From Spirogloea muscicola (Eukaryota), in contig WELB01000014.1 in assembly GCA_009602725.1 (NCBI GenBank), forward strand, positions 398,893 to 462,892: a stretch of DNA of 64,000 bases, written 5' to 3'. A program made the translations under genes and the position numbers. Below the pieces are notes generated by a model that was given only the letters and a program-made list of their open reading frames with translations, was not told where the DNA came from and ran no database searches. Shown piece by piece: positions 1 to 14,725 of the stretch. Position 1 is the first letter of the stretch. Every line of letters starts with the position of its first letter.

Positions 1-930
1 CTGCGCGTCCGCCTTCAGGAGCACCTCCAGCCGGTGGCCCGCCTCCCCGAGCTGCAGGACATGCAGCTGGCGCTTGCCATGCTCAATCGATGCATTGTGC
101 AGCGTCCTCACTACTTGGCGCGGACGACCCCTCCCTGCCCCGCGGTGCTGGCGGCCTACACCACATTCGACGCGGGGGTCATGGAGGGCGCGGCGGCCCT
201 CATCCTCCACGATGGCTTCCTTGCCTCGTCAGCCGCTACGCTCCAGGCCACACTGCCCCCTGGCCAGGGCGGCCTCGGCTGCCCCTCGCTCGCGCGCGTC
301 TGCAGGCCAGCATTCCTTGGCAGTTGGGCACAGGTCGCCACGTCGGTGGCGCAGCGCTTCCTCCATGATGGGCGGCCCCTGCTGCAGCAGGTTGTGGAGG
401 AGGTGGCGACTGGCTCGTTGCCTCTCCAGGAGGCCCTCCGCTCAGCCCAGGACGGGTTACTCGCGGAGCATCCGGCCCTTGCAGAGAGCGTGGTCCCCTT
501 CGCCCACCTCGCCCACACCCCCGACTCGCAGGCGCAGGCGCGATACATGGCTGCTGTGGACAAGGCGGCGTTCACGGACACGCTGCAGCTCCTCCCCGCA
601 AGCGACGTGCGCGGCCGTGCTCGGCTGCTGTCGGCCGCCTCCCCCGGCGCGGCAGCCTGGCTCTCTGCGCTCCCACTGTATGATGCGCTCCGGCTGCTGG
701 ACGAGCTGTTCCGCACGGCCACGCATCGCCTGCTGGGCCTCCCCCCGCCCTGCCTGCTGGGCGTGCTGCAGTGCGAATGTGGGGAGCGGTCGACGGACCC
801 GGCGGAGCTGGCGGCGCATCTCCTCCGCTGCGCCACTGGAGGCGAACGAACAGCTGCGCACGACCTCTTGCGTGATGCTATGTTCGGGATCTTTCAGGAG
901 GCGGGCTACACGGTGGCGATGGAGAACGCC
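1..930 (+). mobile_element. CRE-like non-LTR retrotransposon ORF, post-RT region with zinc knuckle; runs off window start, 3' part truncated
   Basis: ORF 34..984 has LQATLPPGQGGLG, RARLLSAASPGAAAWLSALP, CECG..HLLRC (CCHC-like) and AHDLLRDAMFGIFQEAG (start of RLE region). Collinear with ORF 45876..47279. Intronless. Confidence 0.8.
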
Positions 931-2900
931 TCGCGAACTGCTGCTGCACTGGCCGTGAAGTGGTGGGCGTACAATTATTTATAGGATGCCCTAGCAGACT
1001 TGATGCGTGACTCTGGCTACCGGGCCATTGTGGAGATGTACAACATCATGCTAGTGCCGCTCGAAGCAAGGAGAGAGCATGCCGACCATCCGCAGGAGGA
1101 CGAGTTTTCCACCTTGGCATCCACGTTTGAAGGGCATTCAGTGGCTCGAGCTCCTGCGCTGCCTTGCGCGCAGCGCGCTTTCCCACAATCACAAGGGGAG
1201 CAGGCCGATCTACACGCGGGATAGGGTTGCTTTACGTCCATCATGCCCATCCAGCGCAGGGCTGATGGACTACGTACCCAGAGGGTCGACGTGGTGGCCA
1301 CCACGCCAGGCGGTGGCTTGCAGGTCCGGCGTTGTGTTTTGAGAAAGAAGGACCTTGTCCACTCTTTACACAGCCCTCGCCCCCTTTATAATTGACATAT
1401 TCTTTTTACTGCCCTCGCCTCTGCTTCTTCGTCCCTCTTCTGGGCTGGCCTCTCACAGCCATCCCCTTATCGGGAAGAGCAGCCTCTTGCCGGCTGCTAG
1501 TCAATTCGCTCTGCGGCTGTTGACTAAAGAAGATTGAGCACCCATCTATGGTAGCCCCTTGCGTAGCTGTCTCCTATCAATATAGTAGCCCCTCGCATAG
1601 CTGGAGCCTTACTATGGAGAAGCTATTTAATTCTTTCCTTTGAAAACTGGAGAAAATTGGCTCTTCCAAGGAGACTAGGGATTCTGGGAAATGCTTCTGC
1701 TTTATGCGTATTCCGGCTCTTTCTTCTTTCTCTTTGTGAAGTTTCTTCATTCTTTCTGGGTTGGCCTCTTTCAGACATAGCCTATATGTCCCAATAACTA
1801 TTTGTGTGTTTTGGGCTGGCCTTTCACGCCTTTTCCCCCTTTTATCCCTTGGCTAGAATCTCTGATTGAGAGATAAGCAGCTCTTCCCAAAAGGGGGCGA
1901 GGGCCATGTGAAAAGCCAGCCTGAATAGAAATGGACAATATGCGAAGGGGCTGGAAAGTGCCTAACTCCTCTGATCTCTGAAGCTCTCTATAGCTGACAG
2001 CTTAGGAGCTGGCTCTGCTCTAGCTGCCGCCTCTGGCTATCGACATGGAACTGCTTTCCAGAGCTGGTTTTTCTTGACTTGCGGCTGCTTACTAGGGATG
2101 CTAAGTGAACATCCTTCGTGGTACCTTTTCAAGCTGTGTTTCACCGCTTGCCAGCCTTTTCGGACCTTGTGCACACTGTTCGGGCTGGCTTTTCGGCCCC
2201 TTTTCATGGCCTTCGTTTGTTTCAAATACACGAAATTTTCTCTTTTTGTCCATTCTTTTTGGGCTGGCTTTGCCAGCCCCTCCTCTCTATGGGCGAGCCC
2301 TTTCTTCTTTTTTATGAGCTTACTTACTTTGAACTTCGTTCCCCCCCTGACTTTGTCCAATCTTTTTGGGCTGCCCTGACATGGGCACTGCTGGTTTGTT
2401 TGATTTTTTTTTTAAAATGAAATGTATATATATATTGTATATATGTATAGAGCTTCTTTCTGCTTGTATCTCCGCAATGCTTGGAACCAGGTAATGAGCT
2501 TTCAGGGTTGCGAACGCAGCTCCACATATCTCAGCTTGCATGTGAATGCTGGAGCACCAACCAACTCGCGCCCTCCTACCCCTATCCCCTATTGCCCTCC
2601 AGTATTTGGGCATCAGTTTGCGACCTCTATGTGCTGACTCGTGGTTACTGAGCGGGTCAGCTTAGCAGCTTATGATGTACATCTGTTAATGTGCTTGCCT
2701 TTGTACTTGGCCACACAGGCCCTCCATCACTTAATATACACTCCAGCCTATCCCCTCTGTATGAGCATTGGGCTGGCTTTCACAGCCGACCTTTGACATC
2801 AGCGTTCTTAAACACCACGCTTCAGCCTTGCTTCAAACATGACCGGCTGAAGCAGCCTTGCCAGAGCCTAGTCTTTAGCAGCTGCATCACTCGTGCTATA
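931..2900. repeat. Repeat island of degenerate CRE-like fragments, 3' ends and hairpin motifs
   Basis: 975-1150 translates as NYL*DALADLMRDSGYRAIVE..PQEDEFSTLA (second RLE-region remnant). 3'-end peptides ALRLLTKED* (~1537) and DLYVLTRGY* (~2650). Hairpin motif at 1442, 2261, 2770. Confidence 0.65.
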
Positions 2901-3178
2901 AGGCTCTTAAGGCACTCGTGCCATAAAGGGAGGTCCCTTGGCAACGCATAGGCGACTCTGCGCCATGCTTGTCATGGTCAAAGTGGCCAAGCTTTGGTGG
3001 CCCAGCGAGCTGTGGTGTTGAGAGGCACACATCACTCCAGGCCAGCCTATAGAATGAAGTACCTGTGCCGCACCCGCTCCATAGCTTCTTGACTGCAGTG
3101 AGATGCCATTGCTCAAGGTTCGTCCTTGGCAGGGTCTATGAAGGTGGGCCGCCTGCCCCCACATGAGGGCCGAGACAT

Positions 3179-5567
3179 TCACTTGTCCTTCTCCTTCTCA
3201 CGTGGTGGAGGCAGAAGCGAGCTGAGCTGGTCGGGCTTGGCGAACCAGTCGGGCACCAGGACCGCGGCATGCGGGTGCAGGTCCTTGTAAGCGCTGCGGA
3301 TGGTGACCTCTGCCACACCCGTCACCTGCGAAATCTCTGAGAGAACAGGTACAGGAGAGGCCCGAAACTCGGTCATGTGCTGCCCATATGCATGCAATCC
3401 AGCAGGCGGCACATTGGTGAATATTCTGCAGGATATATGCTCAAATTGCTCGATTACTCGCGCTCGGAGTTCAGCAGCAGCAGAATTGACATCGGCCAGG
3501 TGAGCAGCAGACCCAAGGCAGGTAGAGCTAGATAAATAGAGAGCGAGCAACGATTGAGAAAGAAGAGCAAGACAGGGCATCAAGTAGGGAGGGAGGGAGG
3601 CTAGATACTGAGCCACCTGTGGCTTCATCGACAGTCCTGCTCACCTTTGAGATTTGTGCGCTTGTCGGACAGCTGCTTGACAATGTAGATAGCCGCCGCT
3701 GCAATTGAGATTGGGCTCTTTCTGCGAGTTGCCAAGCCGACAGCAATCCTTCAGCACTCCTTCAAGATGGGAGTGGCAGGACAAGCATCCTGCAGGTTGG
3801 CTACAGATCTCAACAGCTAAGCAGACAACAAAAGTAACTGCGAAGCGGCACTCGTCTTTTGAGCAGTTCACAATTTTGAGCAGTTCACAAGGGCAAAGAG
3901 CCCAACGGCGCACCTAAGGTCAAGCTTTGCTGCCGCGCGGGTGACGACCTCGGAGGTTGCGCGAATTGCATTGTTATCCATGCTCAGGTGCGAGCAGAAC
4001 CGCCTCTGTCACTCATTTGCAACAAGAGCGAGAGAGACAGTCAATGCATCGTCCAGCAGTGCAGCGGCTCCACGAAAGAAACCCGCCATTAATCTCGATT
4101 CCTTGTTCAAGTGGAGGTGAGCTGAGGCCCTCTGATTCAATTTTGCGCCAAAGTCCGTTCAAGACCAAGTACAAAGGTACGGCAAAGTAGGATGCACTTA
4201 GCCGCACCTTCCAGCCGGAACCTGACGAGCATGCGCTGCAGAAGCAGCAGTGCATGACAGGGGCCAGAGCCTAAGACTTCGAGGCATTGGTGCACTGCAG
4301 GTGCTGGCATGCAGGTGGAGCGCACCAGGTAGTCGCCTGCATTGATTGTGCCCATGCGCATCTGAAGTCCCATCTCCTCCTCAAGCTGCTTGACAATGTA
4401 CGTCGTTGCGCGCCCAATGTCCTTCTTCGTCGCCGCGTTTGCCACTGAGCAGATTTCTGGCACCATTCGAGCCGAATCGCACTCTACGGTGAGGATGGAG
4501 CCTCAGTCCTGCTCATGCCCCACCAGCACTAGCAGTGCACACATTCCCTGCCGCTAGAGCTTGCGCCCCTTAGCGGGCTGCGATTGATGCGATAACAGCG
4601 AGGGGTGGTGCGCGCAGCTACACACCCTTAAATGTACGCGGTTTGTCCTCCTGCCGGCACGCAATGTAGAGGCACGCAGCGAGGATGGAGTCCTGGCTGC
4701 GCCCGCGGATGGCGCGCAGATCGCCGACCTTCTTGAACAACTCATTCGCGCGGTCCTGCTTAAGAAGAGGCGTCACCGCCGCCTCCGCCCTGTCATTTCT
4801 GGAGGGGCTCCAGGGTCGCTGCGCTGGCGCCGCTCAAGCAACAAGTGTCTGCGGCAGCGCTGAGGGCAAATTTCTATAGCGTGGTGGCCAGCACACACCT
4901 TGATGGTAGAGACGAGCCCCAGCCTGCGAACGGAGTTGGCCGCAGGCCCCGATCAAGGCAAGACAAATATGTGAGCACTTAGGTATAAGTACTGGTGCTA
5001 AGGTTCACATTAAGCAAAAGCCAATTAGACATAAATGTCCAGATGATTGATCAAAACCACCCTAATTGTTTCTGAGGGGGCGCAGACACAGCCAGAAGGC
5101 CAACGGCAACCGCACAGCTCACGGCCCATGTCAGCACCGGGGACCCAAGCTCGGCAAATGCAGGCCAAGCAGCAGCCGGTGGAGCAGCGGCGGCAGCAGG
5201 CCCACCTGTCGGCCATGGCGGCGATGGACTTGAAGGCGGTGATGAGGGCGCGGTCGGGGTCGGGGCCGCGGGCCGCCCAGCTGCGGAGGCCGCCGCCATC
5301 GCCGCCGTGGGGCCCGCCCGCGGCGCCGGCGGGGCGCGAGATGACGGTGGAGAGGCCGCCGTCGGTGAGGAGCGGGTTGGCGGGCCCGCCGACGCGGTTG
5401 GGGTCGGCGCCCGACGCGTCGTCCGCGAAGGTGCGCCACTCGGACGTCTCGTCGATGCTGTGCGCCTCCAGCACCAGGCCGCACTCGGCGCACACCAGGT
5501 CGCCCGCCGCGTGGTCGTGCACGATCGCCGTCGCGCGCTGGCACTCGGGGCAGAACTGCGCGCTCAT
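3179..5567 (-). CDS. TFIIB: Transcription initiation factor IIB (7 exons)
   Basis: [39 protein letters not shown] (Zn ribbon, B-reader). Further exons read [76 protein letters not shown]. All joined by in-phase GT-AG introns. Confidence 0.96.
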
Positions 5568-5571
5568 GCCC

Positions 5572-5612
<41 letters not shown>

Positions 5613-6308
5613 ATCGCAGGCCGGGAGGTGGACCTGGTCCCCGTGGTGCGCGTGTTCGGCTCCACGCCGGCGGGCCAGAAGGCCTGCCTNNNNNNNNNNN
5701 NNNNNNNNNNNNNNNNNNNNNNNNNNNNNNNNNNNNNNNNNNNNNNNNNNNNNNNNNNNNNNNNNNNNNNNNNNNNNNNNNNNNNNNNNNNNNNNNNNNN
5801 NNNNNNNNNNNNNNNNNNNNNNNNNNNNNNNNNNNNNNNNNNNNNNNNNNNNNNNNNNNNNNNNNNNNNNNNNNNNNNNNNNNNNNNNNNNNNNNNNNNN
5901 NNNNNNNNNNNNNNNNNNNNNNNNNNNNNNNNNNNNNNNNNNNNNNNNNNNNNNNNNNNNNNNNNNNNNNNNNNNNNNNNNNNNNNNNNNNNNNNNNNNN
6001 NNNNNNNNNNNNNNNNNNNNNNNNNNNNNNNNNNNNNNNNNNNNNNNNNNNNNNNNNNNNNNNNNNNNNNNNNNNNNNNNNNNNNNNNNNNNNNNNNNNN
6101 NNNNNNNNNNNNNNNNNNNNNNNNNNNNNNNNNNNNNNNNNNNNNNNNNNNNNNNNNNNNNNNNNNNNNNNNNNNNNNNNNNNNNNNNNNNNNNNNNNNN
6201 NNNNNNNNNNNNNNNNNNNNNNNNNNNNNNNNNNNNNNNNNNNNNNNNNNNNNNNNNNNNNNNNNNNNNNNNNNNNNNNNNNNNNNNNNNNNNNNNNNNN
6301 NNNNNNNN

Positions 6309-8727
6309 GGGCGCCGACCTGGCGCGCGCGGCGCTGGAGATCGCCGCGGAGGACGACGCCCTCGTCTCACACTCCCCGGTGCCGCTGCCCGTCGAGGCCT
6401 TCCTCGCGCGCCTCGATGCCATGGCGCGCGAGCTCGCCGAGCACGCGCTGCCGCCGCCGGGCGCGCCCCGCACGCCCGCCGCCGTCTTTGCTGCCATGGA
6501 CCACTACCTGTACGTCTACCAGGTGAGCCGCGGCGAGGGTTCAGCTCCGAGGGTTTAGTTCCGAGTTCCTCGGCTGCTGCCGCCGCCAGCATCGAAGTGT
6601 TAGCGCCAGCAATCTGTGGTTCGCAGGCGAGGCTTACGACGGCCTTGGCTGTGTGGCTCGTCTTTGCCGTCGAGGCAGGGGTTCAAGCGCTCGTCGCCGC
6701 TGGCGCAGTCCGATGCCCGCAACTACTACCTGGACGGGGTCAGCAACACGGCAGCGCAGCAGCTCGATCTTGCCGTTGCTGGGCTCCATGACGCCGCTCT
6801 GGTGCACCAATATGCTGCCGGCGCGGCCTCACCATAAAGCGGAAGAGCTCCGGAGCAGATTCATCGGTGCAGACCTGTTGCAGACTAAGGCGTCTGGTCG
6901 ATGCGGCGGCGGCGGCGGTGTTGTCCAGGTTCTGACCAGGCGCGTCGGCACGTCGGTCATGCTGGCGCTCATCTACAGCGAGCTGGCCTCTCGCCTCCTC
7001 AAGGCTGGCGCCATCGACTTTGCCGTGGACCTGGAGCTGCCGCTGGACGTGACAGGCCTCCCTCGGGCCCGCGTGGCGGCCATCGGTGTGCCCGGAGGCG
7101 CCGAAGCGGCGGCGGTTGCTGCCGACCACGACAGCCTCTTGGGGGCCGGCCCGAGTCCAACGCTTGTGTTCACTCCAACACTGCTGCTCTGTGAGGTACT
7201 CATGCCAGCAACAAGTAGCTAATCTTCCCCCCCCTAAACAACATAATCCTGAACTGTTAGCTTGTTCAACGAGATATTACAGGATCTTAATCCCAAGTCT
7301 ATGGCTAACCCAAACCTCGATCCTAAGTTTGTACCCTGGATGGGGTAATGGTTTGAGATTGTGCATGATAGTCATAGTTGCGATTGCTGGGTGACCGCTC
7401 AGCGGCTAGTGGCCTAGCCGCAGTCTAGGTGGCACGGATTGGCAATCCGGGCTGAAGGAGTTTTGGGGTGGTCGCAGCTAGCCAGCCCGTCGCTCGGTCA
7501 TGGCAGTCAGATGTGCAGGCAGGGTCATGGGCGATATTCGCATCCTGCAACAAGGAGTGCGCATCAGCCAAGGGCGGCCATGCCACGACATGATGGTTGA
7601 CTGCGCTTCTCGTGAGGCCTTGGCGCCGCTGCTTAACCTGACGCACCTGCTGCGCCAGGTGCTGCGGGGCCTGAAGGAGCTCTACTGGCCGTGGCGCTAC
7701 AGCCGCACTACGAGCGGCGGCACGGGGTTCCTGGAGGCTGCCGAGGCCTGCACGTGTGGCGAGGCCATGGGCCTCATGGGCCCTGCCACGGGCCCCTCCA
7801 CGAGCTCCTGCACAACGTGCGAGCCGGCCGACGCATGCCCTCCTCTCGGCGCTTTGCCTCCAAAGCCGGCTCTCGGCACCAGGGGTTTCCTCGCTTGACC
7901 TTGACGGCTGCGGAGCCATTCATGACAGGAGCCCCGCGGAGATCGCAGCCGCTCGGTCAGCTGGGCACCGGCTGCAGCGTGGGATCTGGACAAGCATCGG
8001 ATTCGGGGACATGCGGCGCGCCGTCGCAGGTGCGCGGGGAACCCTGCTCTCTTGCCCACCCGCACTGGTGCCTAGGTGGCCCAAAAGCATTGATGCATCA
8101 GTGGTCCAGCCAGGTCGAATTGTTGTGAGGAGGGAATGACGAATATGACTGCTTGTTTCGTCTGGCTTTTCAGCAACTGAGCGGCTCGTGATCATGGGGA
8201 CGGACGAGCGTGAAGGCCGCGACCTTGGTGTCCTGCTGTTCCACTGTGGCCTATACCAGCCAGCTCATGCTTATCTCAAGGCCTATGCTGACTCTCAGGT
8301 GACAAATTCAGAAAGTGCATCCCCTTTGGATGAAGTGCAGCGTATATGGTTGCTTGCAACTGAGTTGGGCTTTAGGGTGCAACCCATGCTAGAAGCATGG
8401 GCTGCACAGGAGCATCATAAACCCTTATTTGTCACATATTTCCAGTGATGAATTGAATTCAATAGCATCATGCCATCTTCTGTGGGGATACATAAATATC
8501 AGAAAGGCCACAGATAATCACTGACTGGCACTGACATAAGAACAGGCCATTCCACGCAGGCGGCCAAGACCCCGACAGCAATGATGCGCTCAAATGCGCT
8601 GCACACACGTGAAATGGAGTCCTTGGAGCGCCTTCTGAGCCGCCTGCAGCTGTTGCTCGCTGAACAGGCATGGCAGGCGCCGGCAGCTCCGCCTCTGCTC
8701 AAGGAGCCTCTCCCCGAGCCCTGGTGA
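6309..8727 (+). CDS. Transglutaminase-like/SirB1-family (Transglut_core2) plant protein; 5' end in N gap
   Basis: Exons ADLARAALEIAAEDDALVSHSPVPLPVEAFLARLD, NYYLDG/VLTRRVGTSVMLALIYSE, QVLRGLKELYWPW, AARSAGHRLQRGIWTSIGFGDMRRAVA, ERLVIMG..EGRDLGVLLFHCG, ending PEPW*. Confidence 0.75.
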
Positions 8728-9266
8728 CATCCATCCTCCCGCAGCCTTTCGCCTCTCTCAGTAGAGCCGAGACTCACAGACCATGGGACCTTGACCAGCT
8801 CTGGGCCACTTCTGCATAGCAGCAAGCTGCACAGAGGACTGGCAGATGCTGTGGTCAGATGGTCTTGCGAGTGCAGTATGAGCGCTCTTGGTCTCTACCT
8901 GACCATATTCTGCCAAGCTCCTTCCAGTGGCCTAACTGGGCTGCATTATTCATAGACTTAGTGTGCCATCAATTTGCAATTGCTAAAACAATTCTGCAAT
9001 ATTTAGCGACGAGCATTGATAAAGGCTACAGCTATGCGTCAAGTTGTAAGGACAACCGTAGCTGCTGCTGTACATAAACTGTGAATGACTGAAAGCTTGG
9101 CTCTTCAAGCAACATGCAGGCCACCGAGTTCAGCGGCTTGCAAATGAGACGGCCCTTCACTGTTCGATGTTCCCCATGCCTTCTCAGACTACTCAGAATG
9201 CTGCTCTTTGTACAGAATGAGTTGTCAAGTCTGAAAATAGCTGAAGACAGCTGAGATCAGGCTACT

Positions 9267-12200
9267 TTACGTGCCAGGCAACCTGCCTTCTCCAGCTAGT
9301 GCAGTCCCATTGCCTCCAGCCATGGACATGAGCGAGAGTTTGGCGAAGGGCTCATGCTTGTGCCTGAGACTGCAAGTGCCACAGGGCGATGTCGTTCCTT
9401 GGTCAGTACTTCGAGGGATGGACTATTGAAGTAGCAGGTCTCAAGCCTAGCACACAGGTACAGCCAGCTAAGCCTTGGCCATCATGACAACGAGGCTAGC
9501 TAAGAGCAATGTTGTTGGTGTGTACAGATTTTATAAGGAGACTAGCAATAATCACGATCAATTTCCACATTGATTACCAGAACCATACCCCGCATTTGCC
9601 AGTGGAGTTGTGCAATGCCATACCTGTAGTGGCTCAATGTGGAGATCCTGTACAGGCTTGCGAACACCAGCAAGTGAAGAGCGATGGAGTAGAAAAAGAC
9701 AAACGTCCGAGCGAATCTGAGTCCCACATTCGACGAAAATTTAGGTCCGAGCAAGAGTCAAAGTAAATCTAAGTCTCGGTTGTAAAACAAGCGCGCCGTT
9801 GCCCAGTCGCTTATCTACTCTTGAACGTACCCTAAGCCGAACATCAGACCCATATGCCCTGACTCCTAAGTCCTTGATAGATTCTGTGAGGAGTCATCCC
9901 CCCTTGCACATGGTGGCTGGCTGCAAGCGTGACATTCTCAGGCCGCAGAGGGGCAAGCATCAAAATCAGAGACAGACAGAAGGCAGTAAAGTCATCAGCA
10001 TTCTGCATGCCCTGTGCATGTCCCAATCTACTGGAGTGGCAAACCCACTTGTTGCCAAGTAGAAAGCGACCGCTGGTCAGAGCTATCCTGTCTCGGAGGC
10101 CGAGCTCTCTGTATCTTTGTTCACGTTCCTGCAATGCCATGCACAGACTATTCACGCAAACTGCACACATACTTGTCTAGGCAATGTGCTGTCCTCAACA
10201 TAAGCAAGAATTACACTTGTAGGACAAGGTAGCAAGGCATATAGGAGGGCAGCAAGCTCTCTGCTTTCTCTCACCCGTCTTGAGAATGCCGCAAACGGGT
10301 TGATGTCTTCTTCATACAGCTTCTTGTATTTCATTTCGACATCAGATATGGACCCTGTTTCTAGGTCATCCCCTCTCTGGTGCAACATGATTGATAATGA
10401 GTGCAGTTAGTGTGTCATCCTGGCAGACTTAGGCTGCGCAAGCAGACAACAGCAATGACTTGTCTTGCATTCTGATCACCTGGACTTGGACATGGTGCTC
10501 TTAGTACCTTCCTAGCCCCTCTGGGCTGTGGGCCATCCTTGCTGTACTCTTGCACGTAACGCATCTTTTCATATAGTTTCACATTATCCAATCTTGTTCT
10601 GTCATAGTCCGCTGTTATACCCCTTAATTTCTCCTTGACCAGCCTCATTTCCTGCACAAGCTAACAAGAAAACACCACTAGTACTTACGGTTGACACTGT
10701 AAGCTCTGACATGGGTACTTGTCATGTCTATATCCTATGCTTATAAATTGAGATTCAGCGGTATTGCATACCATGCTCCTTGGCAGGTCCAGCAGCTCCA
10801 CAAAACGTACCTCTTCTAGCTCCATAAGCTTCTGCCGGAAGCGATCTCTTTGACCACAGACAACGGCCAGCATCGAATTGTCATTGTCCTGTGCAAGTCC
10901 TCCACCCTTGGAGGTGCTCCTCTGTGGATCAATCAACAGGAGTGTACATGGTCACTGCCTTATGTTGCATGAAGTGTACTAATATCTCATACTGGCCGTG
11001 CCACAATATACTATAGAACAGGCCTTGAATACTATGTGGCAAATAGACGGCTGAGAGCCGGGATCCTGGCTGATCAACCAGTACCTGCATAAACTCTGGC
11101 ATGCCTGCTTCTGACGCCTCCCATTCATCTGAGCGCCCATTGCGCCTGTCGAAAGTATTGGAACCCTGCAATGTATACAGCACCCTGATAAGATAGTATA
11201 TGCAAACGTAAAAGGCTATGTGATGCAACATTCACCCCACCTAATCGCTTATGCAACAGGTACTGTGAGACATCATCTTATCTGTGAGACACACCCAGCT
11301 GCTGAGGAACAGCACTGAGCTTTACCAGAAAATGACAACATGACCTGGGAATATAGAACTGAAGATACAAATTGCTATGATGATGAACCCGATGTATGCA
11401 GAAGTCAATGGGATGGCCTTGACCTTGGCAATGTCATCCTCAAGTAAGGAAATCAATTGTTTCTGCTCAGCTGCAACGGCGTCTAGCTCTTTCGTGCGCA
11501 ACTGTAGTTGAGCAACCTCCTTGGCTCTGTCATCCAATTGCACCTGCAAAGAGTATGCAAATGCTCTTCATTTAGACATTATTCTGGCAGAGTCTTGGAG
11601 AGCCTTCCATAGTGCCTTTGTGCTTGATAATCAGACTCAGTCAGGCTGTCCATCAGTAGACCCAACTGCTGAAGCCAATGTCATTGCTTATCAAATTGAA
11701 CAGATAGACTTTATGGTTTGTGTATTTACTTGCTTCTTGCCATTTCTGTATTCCACAAGGTCCATCAGAAAGAAGACTGACCTTCCCATGCCTACCTTCA
11801 TCAATGTGAGCTCGTGTTCCATCTTGCGGTTCTTGCTCAGCAATAGCTTCTCAAGCTTCCCCATGTCATCAGAACCTGCTGCAGCTTGGTCCCAGTCCTC
11901 CTCAGCTTCCACTAGGTTGTACCCAACAGCCTGCACATTGATTGAAGCTGAAGCCTTTGGCCTGCTCTCATCAACTAGCTCTCAGCCCACTCATTCAGTG
12001 TTACAACCTGCAAGATCTTGGGTTGCAGTAGCTGCTTGTGCAGACGGCTAGAACACCCCTGGTCCATACCTGCAGGATCTTGATTTGCTTCTTGAGATCG
12101 TCCACTTGCTTCTCAGTTGGTCGCAAGCTCAACTCTTCTTCAACATGCTTCAGCTTTGTATCCTGCTCAGACAAACATACTGCATCTGAGAAGTGCATGC

Positions 12201-14725
12201 AGCAAAGGTGCTGCTCAAAGCATCACAGTGCTGGACATCTCACAACTCCACTTAATGCGCCCAAGCCTTCATCTTCACAAATGCTGACAGTCTATAGCAT
12301 CACCATGTGGTTAGAACAACTTTCAAGGAGCTGGCAGTACCCTTTCATCTAGGAGGCTGCGGAGCTTCTTCAGTTCTGCACCGTGCATGTCCCGCTCAGA
12401 TGACAGAGTCGTCTCCAAATTGTGCAGCTCCATGTGAAGCTCAGAAATTATCTTCTCTTTTGCAGTCAGCGAGGCCTCCAAGTTGCTACTCTTCTCAGAC
12501 TCTGACCTGGTAGACACACAAGCCGCGAAGCGGACATGAGGACTTGATGGAGAGGGGCAGTGTTGCAGATTAAGCACCTCATGTAGGCAAACTTGCATGG
12601 CATGCATGCAAGAGCCTTGCAGTCCTTGCATGTAGATAGAGCCTACCTAGTCTTGGCTTCACTCGTAGGCATCGCCTGCAATTGAGCCTTGAGTGCTTCC
12701 TGCACACAAAGGCATCCACTTCCAATAAGTGCCACAGAAGGAGAACTTCCAGTTGGCACACAATAGCTGCTGAACCAGGACAACTCTGTGCAGCTAACAG
12801 AAATCAGAGTTGAGCTTCTGGATGCGCCCACCTTCTCACGTTCAAGACTTGTAAGGCGAGCCTGAGCTCGGTCCACCTCATCAGTCATGAGGTTGAGCTC
12901 TGATTGTCGTGCCACTCTTTCTTCCTCTGGAGATAGCAGGCTTGCTCTTAATCAGTAGCATACGCCACAAGGATTTGCAAAACCTTCAGGATCTAGTCTA
13001 AAGTCTTCTAGAGTCTTGACTTAAGCTCCGATAAGCAAGTTGGTCAAGCTTGTCATTCAATGACTGCACTAATTGCTCTGAGGTGCTTGAATGACATTCA
13101 CCTGACTGTGCTTTCAGCTCGAAGAGCTGACTTTGCCCAAACTCATGGATCCGTTGCATGTTCTGTGCACTCTCTCTAGCCATGCGGAGCTGCTCATGGA
13201 GTGCAGCTTCTCTGCACATGCACCTTAAATTGTCATGCAAATAGCCAGAAGCTTTTTAGCTTCTGGCTATTTCGAGCGGTCGATCATTTACGATCGACCT
13301 CTCCGCAGCGGAGCATATGAAATGGCTGCCATCTTCATGAGCTTGGGCAATGCACCAACTTTACGACGACATGGAAGCATTTCGCACAGCAATAGCTCAC
13401 CTCTCCTTGAGGGCCTCGAGGCTTTTCTGGTTCTCCTCAGCTAGAGCCTGCTGCTTCAGCTGCACAAAATCTTTCACCTTCTCCTCCATCTGCATTGCTT
13501 CCAGCAAAGAAGTAACCTCAGTAGATTTGCTTAGCATCAGTCAGCTGATATTGTTGTTGAGTATTGTGCAGACTCTCCAAGGAGATGCTGAATATCCATG
13601 AAAATTAAGTGCAAATAAAAGCCGAGGGGTGGAGTCACCTGCTGCTCCAATAGCCTGTTACGCTCTTCCAGCCTCCTCACTGTCGCCTGCTGATTCCGCA
13701 AGTGAGCAGACTCTGCTCGGAACTCCTCCAGTTCCTGCTTCATTCTCCGGTTATCCTGCTCCAGCTCTCCAACCCTATTGGATGCTTCCTGCACATCAGA
13801 TCGTTCTCATAAGCAACGATGAAGACATGGAACTACGAATTAGTCACGTCCTCATCGGCAAGATCTTTCCGCAAGCGGGCTTGCTTGGGAACTTCGAGAC
13901 TACTCGCCCCAGACCAACGCGACTTCATGTCAGAACATTGAGGCATGATACCTGCTAATGGATGCAGGCCAAGAATTGCAACTCACTGTGGCTGATGCCA
14001 AGGCTGGCACAGGATCTGGGGCCTCATATAGCTTCTGGTAGACATTGAGAAATGCATTCTCACTGAACTTTGCCCTCTTGGTCAAGTTGTCCACCTCTTC
14101 TTGATAAGACTTCAGAAGAGGTCCAAACAGTTCGGTCTTCTCATTTTCGCCAGCTTTCTTGAAATCTGCAGGACGCCTTTGCTCGATCACGTTGCATACC
14201 AAGAAGTATGGTGCCCTATGCAACGTTGCTGAAGTTGCTTCTCTTCACTAGGTGGACATGACCAGAAGATTGGCAGTGGCAATTCATAGTTTCAGTTATT
14301 ACATAAGGCGTGGAAGCCCAGGTTCAATTCGTGGGCACTCTAGCACTGGCGGCCATGCCACAAACCCACCTCTGGTTGCCTCTGCCAATTTCCGTCGATT
14401 CTTGAGGCTGCTCTCTTGATGCTCAGATATCTTAAGGCCCTGCCCATCCAGCTTCTGCCTGGCATCCTCCAGGTCAAAATCTGTGCAATGCGACGAGCGA
14501 GAGCTGGCTTATGCAGAGGCGCCTTCTGGCCGCAACGGCGAGCTCCTTCCAGATGCGGGCCAGCTTGCAAACGGGCCCCAAGTTCACAGGCATCAGGGGC
14601 TTACCCTTCCAGAACGTCAGGACGACGGTGGAGGTGGACCCCGCATTGTACGCCGCGCGCGACGGCGGCGGCGGCGGCGGCTCCGCGGGCGACTCCGGGT
14701 GGCTGAAGTTCTCCACGATGTCCAT
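9267..14725 (-). CDS. CASP: Golgin CASP (CUX1 alternatively spliced product / COY1 homologue), many exons; last exon tentative
   Basis: VVLTFWK, LLKSYQEEVDNLTKRAKFSENAFLNVYQKLYEAPDPVPAL, long coiled coil, SMLAVVCGQRDRFRQK, DNVKLYEKMRYVQEY, KYKKLYEEDINPFAAF, C-terminal TM FARTFVFFYSIALHLLVF. Confidence 0.92.

Noticed and set aside
5025..6791. Long ORFs spanning N gaps (also 29780-30689 and 37515-38879)
   Set aside because: Artefacts of X-translated gaps plus stop-poor GC-rich sequence.
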